From an uncultured SAR86 cluster bacterium (GTDB lineage Bacteria > Pseudomonadota > Gammaproteobacteria > Magnimaribacterales > D2472), in NCBI GenBank assembly GCA_902626385.1, contig CACOEZ010000001.1, positions 79,756 to 143,755 of the forward strand: a stretch of DNA of 64,000 bases, written 5' to 3'. The notes under the pieces are model-generated. The model ran no database searches and had not been told where the DNA came from. It saw only the letters and a program-made list of their open reading frames with translations. The translations under genes and the position numbers were made by a program. Shown one piece after another: positions 55,181-63,762 of the stretch; position 1 is the stretch's first letter, and each line of letters opens with the position of its first letter.

Positions 55181-55974
55181 GCATTTTTCCTAGAATAAAT
55201 AAAAATTAATATACCAATTACTATCATAGGTAAACATAGTATTTGACCCATACTAATTGAATCAAATGCAACATACCCAATATGAGAATCCGGTTGTCTG
55301 TAAAATTCAATTATAAATCTTATTGAGCCATAAAAAATTAAAAAACATGAAGAAACTATACCTTTTATTTTTGTTGTTTTTGAAACAACTAACAAAATAA
55401 AAAAGAGTAAAACACCTTCGCCAAAGCTCTCATATAATTGTGATGGATGCCTTGTTAGCCCAAAAGGGTCTGTTGGGAAAATAAACCCCCAGTCACCATT
55501 GGTTACTTTTCCATAAAGCTCACCATTTAAAAAATTTCCTATCCTCACCAAACCTAATCCAATTGGCATAGCAAGAGCGACTCCGTCCAAAAGTTTTAAC
55601 AACTCAATATTCTTTCTTTTGCAAAATACCAATAGGCTAACAATTACTCCAATTAAGCCTCCATGAAAGCTGAGACCGCCTTGCCATATAAAAAATAATG
55701 ATAATGGATTGTTTATTAGTTGTTCTGTTCCATAAAAAAACATATAACCAATTCTTCCACCACACATAGCACCAAGAAATAAACCATACAGAAAAACCAT
55801 ATCGTTAATTTCATCTTTAGTTAATCCTGTATCAGCAATTACTTTATTTTTAGACAAGAAGAGATAAATTAAAATCGCAGATATTAACCAAGTAAGCGCG
55901 TAGTATTGTATTTTTAATGGACCAACTTCTAGAATAGAGGGATTATTAAAGAAATCTGAAAGCTCAATGATCAT
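55177..55974 (-). CDS. lgt: phosphatidylglycerol--prolipoprotein diacylglyceryl transferase
   Basis: GGLSFHGGLIGV, RIGNFLNGELYG, HPSQLYE motifs. ATG 55974 overlaps the upstream stop. Confidence 0.9.
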   Translation of the reverse strand: MIIELSDFFNNPSILEVGPLKIQYYALTWLISAILIYLFLSKNKVIADTGLTKDEINDMVFLYGLFLGAMCGGRIGYMFFYGTEQLINNPLSLFFIWQGGLSFHGGLIGVIVSLLVFCKRKNIELLKLLDGVALAMPIGLGLVRIGNFLNGELYGKVTNGDWGFIFPTDPFGLTRHPSQLYESFGEGVLLFFILLVVSKTTKIKGIVSSCFLIFYGSIRFIIEFYRQPDSHIGYVAFDSISMGQILCLPMIVIGILIFIYSRKNA

Positions 55975-56762
55975 ACTATAAACATATATAAAGAAACTAT
56001 AAAAAACCATCCAGCTAAAAGTTTTTTTAATGACTCTTGAGAAAGGAAATGCGCCAGATCCGCACCGTATTTAGCAGCAAAAATACTGGTTATGGAAACA
56101 CCTAAGACAGCCGGTAGATATACGTAACCATAAGTATACTTTGGCATTTCTGTTAATCCATTTCCTGCAATTACATATCCTAGGGTTCCAAAAATTGCAA
56201 TTGGAACTCCACAAGCAGCTGATGTTCCAATTGCTGTCGTAAGATTTAATCCAGATGATTTAAAGTAAGGCACGGAAAATACTCCACCACCAATTCCAAG
56301 AATTGATGAGAAAAAGCCTATTGCACTTCCTGCCAATACAGATTTTTTATTACTATGCTTAATCTCTTTAGAACTAAAATTTATGTTAAATAAAATTTTT
56401 AAACCCATTAGAAAAATAAACAATGCAATTGCTAATTTTAAAATCAATCCCTTTATTTGAACTGCAAACAAGGCACCAGCAATAGCTCCAAAGGTGATGC
56501 CAAATGCAACTGGCTTAAAATAACCAAAATTGATTGAGCCTTTTTTGTTGTGAGCATTAGCTGATGATAGACCTGTAAAAATTATACAGGCTATTGCAGA
56601 TCCAATAGCCATATGAACCACTATCTCGCTATCAAAACCTAAATTTATAAAAGTACCAATAAGAACAGGGACTATAACTAGACCACCACCAATACCAAAT
56701 AGACCAGCTAACAAACCCGCGATAACTCCAAGCGATGCAAATATTAATAATTCATCAAACAT
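55971..56762 (-). CDS. TauE/SafE (DUF81) family anion exporter
   Basis: Two internal repeats with FGIGGGLVIVP and LGIGGGVFSVP. 7-8 TM segments. Confidence 0.75.
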   Translation of the reverse strand: MFDELLIFASLGVIAGLLAGLFGIGGGLVIVPVLIGTFINLGFDSEIVVHMAIGSAIACIIFTGLSSANAHNKKGSINFGYFKPVAFGITFGAIAGALFAVQIKGLILKLAIALFIFLMGLKILFNINFSSKEIKHSNKKSVLAGSAIGFFSSILGIGGGVFSVPYFKSSGLNLTTAIGTSAACGVPIAIFGTLGYVIAGNGLTEMPKYTYGYVYLPAVLGVSITSIFAAKYGADLAHFLSQESLKKLLAGWFFIVSLYMFIV

Positions 56763-57237
56763 TTTTGAACTCTTTGCAAAATGAATATTTTAGTTGATTT
56801 AGTACATTGAAATAGACTTTTTCTTTAAAAGATACAATAACCCTGAGTGGATACCAGTACGGGACCCACTTGAAATCTTCGAATTCGTTATCTGGATCAT
56901 TTTCAAAAGAAATCTCAACGTCTTTCAAGAGCTTAAACAAAAACCATTTTTGTTTTTGTCCCTTAAATCTATTATTAACAGCACTTCGTCGACTTTTTTT
57001 GGGGATGTCATATTTTAACCAATCTTTTAAAGTTTCTATTAGTATAACGTCACTATGTTTTACTCCAACTTCTTCAAACAACTCTCTTTTGGCAGCATTT
57101 AAAGGCGATTCGTTTAAATCAATACCTCCTTGAGGAAATTGCCAGCTATTCATTCCTTTTCTCTTACACAAAAGGACTTTGCCATTTTGATTGGCAATAA
57201 TGAGGCCAACATTTAACCTATAACCTTTTTCTTTCAT
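56755..57237 (-). CDS. rppH: RNA pyrophosphohydrolase (Nudix)
   Basis: YRLNVGLII start. Nudix box GGIDLNESPLNAAKRELFEEVG. Synteny with lgt-thyA as in E. coli. Confidence 0.85.
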   Translation of the reverse strand: MKEKGYRLNVGLIIANQNGKVLLCKRKGMNSWQFPQGGIDLNESPLNAAKRELFEEVGVKHSDVILIETLKDWLKYDIPKKSRRSAVNNRFKGQKQKWFLFKLLKDVEISFENDPDNEFEDFKWVPYWYPLRVIVSFKEKVYFNVLNQLKYSFCKEFKNV

Positions 57238-57247
57238 CTATCTATGA

Positions 57248-58792
57248 CTAATTTTTGTCTATATTTCTGTTAATCATGTAAACAAAAAATAAACTCATGA
57301 AAATTAAAATCAAGCTTGGACTTGCAGCCATTATCCACTGACCTTCACTTGTAAAATTATAAATTTTTGTTGATAAAGTATCGAAGCCAACTGGCCTAAG
57401 TAATAAGGTTGCCGGTTGTTCTTTGATAGATTCTATAAAAACAATCATAAAGCCTAAAAACGCAGCAGACTTCATATGAGGAAAATAAAATATTTTAAAA
57501 GCTTTGAATGGTCTTGTTGTCATTGTTGATAATGCCTTTTCCGACGAGTTCTGGATATTTGAGAGAGATGCAGAAAGATAATTAAAAGCAGGCGTCATAA
57601 ATCTTAAAGAGAGACAAAAAACTAGACCAAAAATGCCATAAGTTGTAATTGATATATTAAAAAAGTAGCCAAAAGATACTAATAATCCTGCTGAAATAAC
57701 TGATCCAGGGATAGCATATCCAGAAGTAATTATTGAAATTATGTTTCTAATGTTTTTAGAGCCCCGATAGGTCAAAGATAGAGCAACTGCAAAAAAGACC
57801 GTAATTAATGCCGCAACTACTCCTAGAGAGAGAGAATTAATAAACAAATATATATTTTCAATTTTGAAAAGACTATTTTTTGTAAAACTCCATACAATCA
57901 ATTGAATTAAGGGAATTAAAAACACAACAAAGAAAATAAAACCACAAACAAATGATGCTAAATAGCCTCTATAAGAGCCTAAATAAATTTTTTCAAATGT
58001 TTCTGAGGTTTTTGAAGCGAGATTCGTTTGGTTATTATTAAAATATTTACCAATTAAAATAATTATGAATACAAAAACAAACAGATAACCCGCTAATCTT
58101 GCTGCTGAGAAATAACTTTGATAGCCAAACCAGGCGTTATAAATACCCACTGTAAAAGTATCTATTCTCAAAGTTGAAACTCCTCCAAAATCTGCAACTG
58201 TTTCAAATATTACAAGAGACATTCCCCCAATTATTACTGGCCATAAAGAAGGAATTATCACTTTCAAAATCGATTCAATATTATTTTTACCCAATGTTTT
58301 GGATGCTTTGAATAAATTTATACCCACCGATGATAATTGAACTTTTAACAATAAATATATATATGGAAATAATGCCATTGACATAATTATTGATGCTCCA
58401 AGAAGATTTTTTATAGATGGTAATGAAATATTTAGCTCTCTAAGAAAAGTAGCAACTGGACTAGCATACTCAAATATTCCTACGTAAATGAAAGCATAAA
58501 CATAGGCAGGAAAAGCTATAGAAAGGCTAAGGCCCCAGCTAAAAAATTTATTTCCTGGAAATTGATAAAATGTAATCAGCATAGCCAAAGGAACTGCAAC
58601 AAGTGCTGCAATAATAGCTGTCATGAAAGATAGGATTAATGTATTTTTGATTAAACCAATTAAATAGTCGTTGGTTATATACTCAATATCTAGTCCTTTA
58701 AAAAAAGATAAGTAAAAGAAAGAAACAAAAAAAATTAATGATGCAGCCATCCATGGCATTGATATATATTTCCAAATTTTAAGGTTTTGCAT
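57248..58792 (-). CDS. ABC transporter permease with two fused permease domains (FbpB/ThiP-like)
   Basis: 514 aa, ~12 TM, two tandem halves each with an EAA-loop-like region (KASKTLG.., EKALSTM..). No SBP or ATPase gene adjacent. Confidence 0.75.
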   Translation of the reverse strand: MQNLKIWKYISMPWMAASLIFFVSFFYLSFFKGLDIEYITNDYLIGLIKNTLILSFMTAIIAALVAVPLAMLITFYQFPGNKFFSWGLSLSIAFPAYVYAFIYVGIFEYASPVATFLRELNISLPSIKNLLGASIIMSMALFPYIYLLLKVQLSSVGINLFKASKTLGKNNIESILKVIIPSLWPVIIGGMSLVIFETVADFGGVSTLRIDTFTVGIYNAWFGYQSYFSAARLAGYLFVFVFIIILIGKYFNNNQTNLASKTSETFEKIYLGSYRGYLASFVCGFIFFVVFLIPLIQLIVWSFTKNSLFKIENIYLFINSLSLGVVAALITVFFAVALSLTYRGSKNIRNIISIITSGYAIPGSVISAGLLVSFGYFFNISITTYGIFGLVFCLSLRFMTPAFNYLSASLSNIQNSSEKALSTMTTRPFKAFKIFYFPHMKSAAFLGFMIVFIESIKEQPATLLLRPVGFDTLSTKIYNFTSEGQWIMAASPSLILIFMSLFFVYMINRNIDKN

Positions 58793-59700
58793 TATTTTTC
58801 TTCTTCCAGACTCTCCGCCCCTTTTTCAAGTTTGGTTCCTAAGACATTGATTCTAGTCTGAAGATTTTGAACGTCTTTTACAGCACCATCTAGTCTTTTT
58901 AAAACAGAAGAAGTGTTAGCGTCAAAATTTGAAAATTCTTTTTGAATTCCCCTTACAACACTCGCAACTTTTGTAGCAGTCTCATTAAGTTTTAGGTAAT
59001 GATGTCCCGTTCTGACCATATCTAGAAAAGCTGCCAGTGTATTTGGTCCCATTATAAGAGTATTTTTATCTGTAAAACTTTCTTCCCTTAGGCCGTCGAT
59101 TTGATTAACCAAATCAACAATTTTTTCTGATGGAATGTATAAAATTACATAATTAGAAGTCATATTTCTCATTAAATATTTTTCAGAAATATCTTTAGCA
59201 TCGCTCAAGATTTCGGTTCTTAAATTAGTTAAAACCTTTTTCCTATCAGTACCTGTTTTGGCATCTTGATAGTTTTGGTACTGACCCGCATAAAACTTAG
59301 AGTCAATTGGAATAATTACACCTTCTGCAGAGGTAATTGCACAATCTACAAGATCTCTAGATTCTGGATTAATCTGATGCTGGAATTGATAACTGTTATT
59401 AGGCATTATATCTCTAACTATCGACTCTAAATTCCATTCACCCAATCTACCAGTTGTTACATTTCCTCCTAAAAATCTATTTAATTCGTTTAAGGGCGTT
59501 GTTACTGAAGCTAAATCCAATTCTATTTTATTGATATCTTCTGAGACTTCATTGAGTTTATTTTGAAGATTTTCATTCCCACCCTTATCAATAGAATCCT
59601 TATTTTTAATGGTAAACAAAATAAAAATTAAAATGCTTAACATTATTATTAAACATATAAATATTAAGTAATTGATCATGATGTTAGTATAAAATGTCAC
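58792..59700 (-). CDS. rmuC: DNA recombination protein RmuC family (short form)
   Basis: N-terminal TM and a coiled coil. Blocks align with E. coli RmuC as I recall it: GRLGEWNLESIVRD, VIIPIDSKF, YVILYIPSE, TLIMGPNTLAAFL. Confidence 0.75.
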   Translation of the reverse strand: MTFYTNIMINYLIFICLIIMLSILIFILFTIKNKDSIDKGGNENLQNKLNEVSEDINKIELDLASVTTPLNELNRFLGGNVTTGRLGEWNLESIVRDIMPNNSYQFQHQINPESRDLVDCAITSAEGVIIPIDSKFYAGQYQNYQDAKTGTDRKKVLTNLRTEILSDAKDISEKYLMRNMTSNYVILYIPSEKIVDLVNQIDGLREESFTDKNTLIMGPNTLAAFLDMVRTGHHYLKLNETATKVASVVRGIQKEFSNFDANTSSVLKRLDGAVKDVQNLQTRINVLGTKLEKGAESLEEEK

Positions 59701-59707
59701 TAATATT

Positions 59708-60919
59708 ATGCATCAAGAAATTATAACAAGGTTTAAGTCACTAAAAGATAAGCAATTATCAATAGACATTACCAGAGGTAAGCCCGATATTGATCAATTA
59801 GACTTATCGAACAAGCTTTTAAACATTTCAATAGCAACAACATCTGAAAATGGGGCTGATTTAAGAAATTATGGCGAACCATTTGGAATTATTGAAGCAA
59901 GAAAACTAGGTTCAGAGTTATTAGAAGCTCCTGTTGAAAATATTTTGGCTTGCGAGCAGTCTAGCTTACTACTAACTTATCAAACAGTATTATCTAATTT
60001 TTTATTTGCTGAACCTACACCGTGGAAGGATATTAAAAATCCTAAATTTATTTGTCCTGTCCCGGGATTTGATAGACATTTTATGATGTTAAATGACTTT
60101 GGAATTGAAGCATTGCCAGTGCCATTACATGAAGATGGAGTAGATATAGAGGCTTTTCAAAAAATTTTAGAAAACGAAGATGATGTGGTTGGAATGCTAT
60201 GTGTTCCCAGACATTCAAATCCATCTGGAGAAATATATTCTGATCATAATCTTGAAAACTTATTTAAAATTGGTTCAAGTTTTTCAAATAAATTTTTATT
60301 TATTTTTGATCATGCATATTTAATTCATGACTTCCTTCCTTCTAAAAAACAACGTCCTTTATGGGAAATCGTCAAAGAGACCGGTGTTGAGGATCAAACT
60401 GTAATAACTACTTCATTTTCGAAGGTAACATTTGGCGGAGGTGGTATTTCATTTGTTGCTACTTCAGGACACTCTTTAAAATTAATTAAAAAAGTAAGAA
60501 CAACTATGATAATTTGTCCTGATAAATTAAATCAAAAAAGGCATATTGAGTTCTTTAAAAATGCTGAAAATGTTAAGAAGCATATGGAAAAACATGCTGA
60601 ATTGATAAGACCAAAATTTGAGATTGCAAATTCTTTTCTAGAAAAATTACCTGAAGAATGTGGAACTTTTTCAAAACCAACCGGAGGTTATTTTATTACT
60701 TATTCCACTTCAAAGCCTATAGCAACCAAAGTAGTTTCATTATGCAAAGAGATGGGCGTACTTATTACACCGGCTGGTTCTACATATCCTAATGGATTAG
60801 ATCCAAATGATAGTGTTATAAGAATTGCCCCAACATATGTTTCACAAGAAGAGCTTTCAGATGCTATGAATGTTTTTACTACAGCTGTTGAAATTGCCCA
60901 TTTTGATTTAAAGGTCTAG
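59708..60919 (+). CDS. PLP-dependent aminotransferase, Corynebacterium AspB-type aspartate aminotransferase family
   Basis: DITRGKPDIDQLDLS, CPVPGFDRHF, SNPSG, SFSKVTFGGGGISF (PLP Lys) and GGYFI blocks are colinear with C. glutamicum AspB as I recall it. Confidence 0.75.
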   Translation: MHQEIITRFKSLKDKQLSIDITRGKPDIDQLDLSNKLLNISIATTSENGADLRNYGEPFGIIEARKLGSELLEAPVENILACEQSSLLLTYQTVLSNFLFAEPTPWKDIKNPKFICPVPGFDRHFMMLNDFGIEALPVPLHEDGVDIEAFQKILENEDDVVGMLCVPRHSNPSGEIYSDHNLENLFKIGSSFSNKFLFIFDHAYLIHDFLPSKKQRPLWEIVKETGVEDQTVITTSFSKVTFGGGGISFVATSGHSLKLIKKVRTTMIICPDKLNQKRHIEFFKNAENVKKHMEKHAELIRPKFEIANSFLEKLPEECGTFSKPTGGYFITYSTSKPIATKVVSLCKEMGVLITPAGSTYPNGLDPNDSVIRIAPTYVSQEELSDAMNVFTTAVEIAHFDLKV

Positions 60920-61248
60920 TTTTTTGTTTTTTTATATGGGATGTATGAAGTTCCATTAAAATGCGAAAATATTTTTGAAATATCTGGATGATTTGCAGGT
61001 ATTCCTGAGATATCAATATTTAGATTCTGTTCTGAAACATATGCGATATAGAATATTTCTTCATTTTCGGCGAAGAGATGATAGAAAGGTTGATCTTTCT
61101 TAGGTCTGAAATCTTTAGGAATGGCGTTATACCACTCTTCTGTATTATTAAAAGTTGGATCAAGGTCAAAAATAACACCGCGGAAGTTTAAAAATTTATG
61201 TTTTACTACATCACCAATTGAAAACTTTGCTTCTATTAATTCTTGCAT
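60916..61248 (-). CDS. hspQ: heat shock protein HspQ (YccV hemimethylated-DNA-binding domain)
   Basis: MQELIEAKFSIGDVVKHKFLNFRGVIFDLDP matches the HspQ N-terminus. The ATG at 61248 gives a typical ~110 aa length. Confidence 0.75.
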   Translation of the reverse strand: MQELIEAKFSIGDVVKHKFLNFRGVIFDLDPTFNNTEEWYNAIPKDFRPKKDQPFYHLFAENEEIFYIAYVSEQNLNIDISGIPANHPDISKIFSHFNGTSYIPYKKTKN

Positions 61249-61284
61249 TATATTTATACAGTAAACTATTAAAGGAAAAATGTC

Positions 61285-61623
61285 ATGACAGATGAAATTA
61301 TTGTACTCACAACTTACGATATAAAAAATACAGAAATCATAGAGCATGTTGGTCTTGTTCAAGGAAGCACTGTTAGGGGAAGGAATATAGGATCAGATTT
61401 TCTAGCTCAACTTAAAAATGTTGTTGGTGGCGAGTTAGTAGGGTATTCAAAATTATTAACAAGCTCTAGAGAACAAGCTTTCTCCAGAATGATAGATGAT
61501 GCAAAATCAAAGGGTGCAAATGCGGTGCTGGGCTTTAGATTTCAAACATCAACAGTTGCAGCAGGTGCCGCTGAGATATTAGCTTATGGAACGGGCGTAA
61601 AAATAAAAAAGGAAGATAAATGA
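61285..61623 (+). CDS. ybjQ: YbjQ family (UPF0145) protein
   Basis: VLTTYDI...GLVQGSTVRGRNIGSDF...GGE...AR..A...M...A...GANAV.G.RF pattern typical of YbjQ. Confidence 0.75.
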   Translation: MTDEIIVLTTYDIKNTEIIEHVGLVQGSTVRGRNIGSDFLAQLKNVVGGELVGYSKLLTSSREQAFSRMIDDAKSKGANAVLGFRFQTSTVAAGAAEILAYGTGVKIKKEDK

Positions 61624-61844
61624 ATAAAACTGAAAAAATAGCCTTAAGAGAGTCAATAATTGTAGTCTTAATGGGAGCAGCAATTAATTTTCCCCTACAA
61701 ACATATCTGCTTTGGCTGACCATTGATAACTGGCAATGGTCGGATCCTCTAAAAATATCTATATTTATTCAAATAATAATAACTATAGTTGCACTTTTAA
61801 GGGTCTATGCAATAAGAATGAGATTCCAAAGAGGAAAGTTTTAA
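61620..61844 (+). CDS. small two-TM hypothetical protein
   Basis: ORF with 4-nt overlap (ATGA) to ybjQ and two hydrophobic helices. No family recognised. Confidence 0.3.
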   Translation: MNKTEKIALRESIIVVLMGAAINFPLQTYLLWLTIDNWQWSDPLKISIFIQIIITIVALLRVYAIRMRFQRGKF

Positions 61845-62215
61845 TCGTCTTTTTTTCTACTTGCCTTATCTTTCTTTTTTGAGGCCATCATTCTCATTTT
61901 AACTCTTTTGTTAACCATATCCTTACACCAGACATCATAAACTGTTGAGTAATTAGCTGCTAATTCTGCTAAGAAAGAAACTTCTAACCATTTTTCCTCA
62001 TTTTCAGGAACCATCTCAATTTGATTCCAAACAGACTCACTGTATGCAAGTAGCTCGGCAATTCCATCTTTAGTATCCTTACAATCTTTAAAACTCATTA
62101 GATTATTTGGATGATTAATTAAACTATCTCTGGCTTTATCCATGGAGCCTTTATGGTTATCAGCAACCAAAATAACTGAGAAAAAAGATATGACAATAAG
62201 TAACATTTTCTTCAT
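61841..62215 (-). CDS. secreted hypothetical protein with Lys-rich tail
   Basis: Signal peptide MKKMLLIVISFFSVILVA, helical body, C-terminal KKKDKASRKKDD. No family recognised. Confidence 0.35.
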   Translation of the reverse strand: MKKMLLIVISFFSVILVADNHKGSMDKARDSLINHPNNLMSFKDCKDTKDGIAELLAYSESVWNQIEMVPENEEKWLEVSFLAELAANYSTVYDVWCKDMVNKRVKMRMMASKKKDKASRKKDD

Positions 62216-62316
62216 TATTTACCTCATTTTTAATATGTATATTATTAAGACTACATTTTTAAAAAAAAAGTTCAAATATATATTTACTTTTAAATTTAAG
62301 TCTTCATAATGCGCCG

Positions 62317-62364
62317 ATATTCATACTAATGAACATAACTCTGAATGTTTATTAGTATGAATAT
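62317..62364 (+). promoter_or_regulatory. 20-bp-stem inverted repeat covering the first two ATGs of the downstream small ORF
   Basis: ATATTCATACTAATGAACAT-aactctga-ATGTTTATTAGTATGAATAT: 19 Watson-Crick pairs plus one G.U, with an 8-nt loop. The structure is certain; its function is unknown. Confidence 0.35.
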
Positions 62365-62614
62365 TTTAGAAATGATTCAACTTTTAAGTGTTTTTTTCGG
62401 TACTTTAATTGCCGCGCCTCTTGTTGTTTCAAAAAAAGCGAAAAAAAGATTGATAGGCCTATGCGCTGTTATTGCAGGAAGTTTTTTTGCAATTATTGTT
62501 CAGTTCTATCTTGGATTGTATTACTTTGTGTTTGCAAATTTTTTCTGGCTAATAAATGCTTGCAATGGGATAAAAAAAATTATTAGATCAAAAAATAAAA
62601 ATATCAAGATCTAG
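62345..62614 (+). CDS. small three-TM hypothetical membrane protein
   Basis: ORF with hydrophobic helices and a basic tail. Possible starts at 62345, 62357 or 62372. Confidence 0.3.
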   Translation: MFISMNILEMIQLLSVFFGTLIAAPLVVSKKAKKRLIGLCAVIAGSFFAIIVQFYLGLYYFVFANFFWLINACNGIKKIIRSKNKNIKI

Positions 62615-63275
62615 TAAAGTCATCATATTCTAAGAAGGAAACTCCTTTACTTTGATCGGACATTTTAGATATCAATGAAGATGCCACAGCAGAAGCATTT
62701 ATATTTTTGTATTTCTTTAGAGGGCCAATCAAAAAATATCCTAATATATTTGTGATTAGTTCAAAGACCATCACTGAATAATTAATTGGTTCGTTAAATC
62801 TTTCACCTAGAAGATGTCCCGGTCTTGCTATGACGACCTTTTCATAACCCATTGATGTAATTTGATCTTCGGTTTTGCCTTTTACATCTAAGTAAGAGTT
62901 AAAAGATCCTGATTTAGCACCCACTGCAGATATCAGGCCTATTGAGGTTGCTCCATGCTTTTGCCCAAACAAAGCAATATTTTTAATAAAACTATAATCA
63001 ACTTCTTCAAAACTTTTCTTATTTTTTTCAGGAAGAAATGCAAGCTCCATAATAGAAAGCCTTTTCCCTATGGCAATATACACAGTATCAAACTCATATT
63101 CGTCAGTAATAGAATCAATCTCAGAGAATTCTGTGACTATCTGTTTAACATCTTTATTTGTCCCAATTTCTTTTCTTGACAGCAATGTAATGTCATTAAC
63201 TTTACTATCTAAGGATTTAAGGATATTGCTTCCTAAGAGACCTGAAGCACCTGCAATTAAAATTTTTCTATTCAT
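62604..63275 (-). CDS. NAD(P)H-binding (atypical SDR / NmrA-like) protein
   Basis: ILIAGASGLLGSNILK Rossmann motif. ~220 aa. Confidence 0.6.
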   Translation of the reverse strand: MNRKILIAGASGLLGSNILKSLDSKVNDITLLSRKEIGTNKDVKQIVTEFSEIDSITDEYEFDTVYIAIGKRLSIMELAFLPEKNKKSFEEVDYSFIKNIALFGQKHGATSIGLISAVGAKSGSFNSYLDVKGKTEDQITSMGYEKVVIARPGHLLGERFNEPINYSVMVFELITNILGYFLIGPLKKYKNINASAVASSLISKMSDQSKGVSFLEYDDFTRS

Positions 63276-63762
63276 TTATTATCTTTTCGATAGATTTAGT
63301 AAGTTCATCTATTGATCTAGATCCATCTAAAGTAACCTCAGCAAATTTTTCATAAAGTGGTTGCCTTTCACTATATACCTCTGGAATTGACAATCCATTT
63401 GGTACGGCAAGACCTCTTTCTTGGCCAATACCTATTCTTTTAATAATAGTTTCAAGTGGTGTATCGATATAAACTATTTTAGAAAAAGATCTTAGGTGTT
63501 CCATAGATTTATTTGAATAAACCGCACTTCCACCTGTAGATATTATCTTTGTTGAAGAATTAAGAGAAAGGATAGCCTCTTCTTCAGCTGATCTTACAAA
63601 CCTATAACCAAATTTATTTTTCACATCCTCAAGTGACATCTTAAATTTGTCCTCTATTAATAAATCAGTATCTACAAAGTTTGATGCGATTTTATTTGCA
63701 ACTGCTGATCCAAGAGTAGATTTTCCACATCCAGCCATGCCTATAAAACTTATATTATTCAT
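63268..63762 (-). CDS. aroK: shikimate kinase family P-loop kinase
   Basis: ISFIGMAGCGKSTLG Walker A, DTD, ISTGGS motifs. ATG 63762 preferred over 63789. Not next to aroB, so orthology is uncertain. Confidence 0.6.
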   Translation of the reverse strand: MNNISFIGMAGCGKSTLGSAVANKIASNFVDTDLLIEDKFKMSLEDVKNKFGYRFVRSAEEEAILSLNSSTKIISTGGSAVYSNKSMEHLRSFSKIVYIDTPLETIIKRIGIGQERGLAVPNGLSIPEVYSERQPLYEKFAEVTLDGSRSIDELTKSIEKIINE

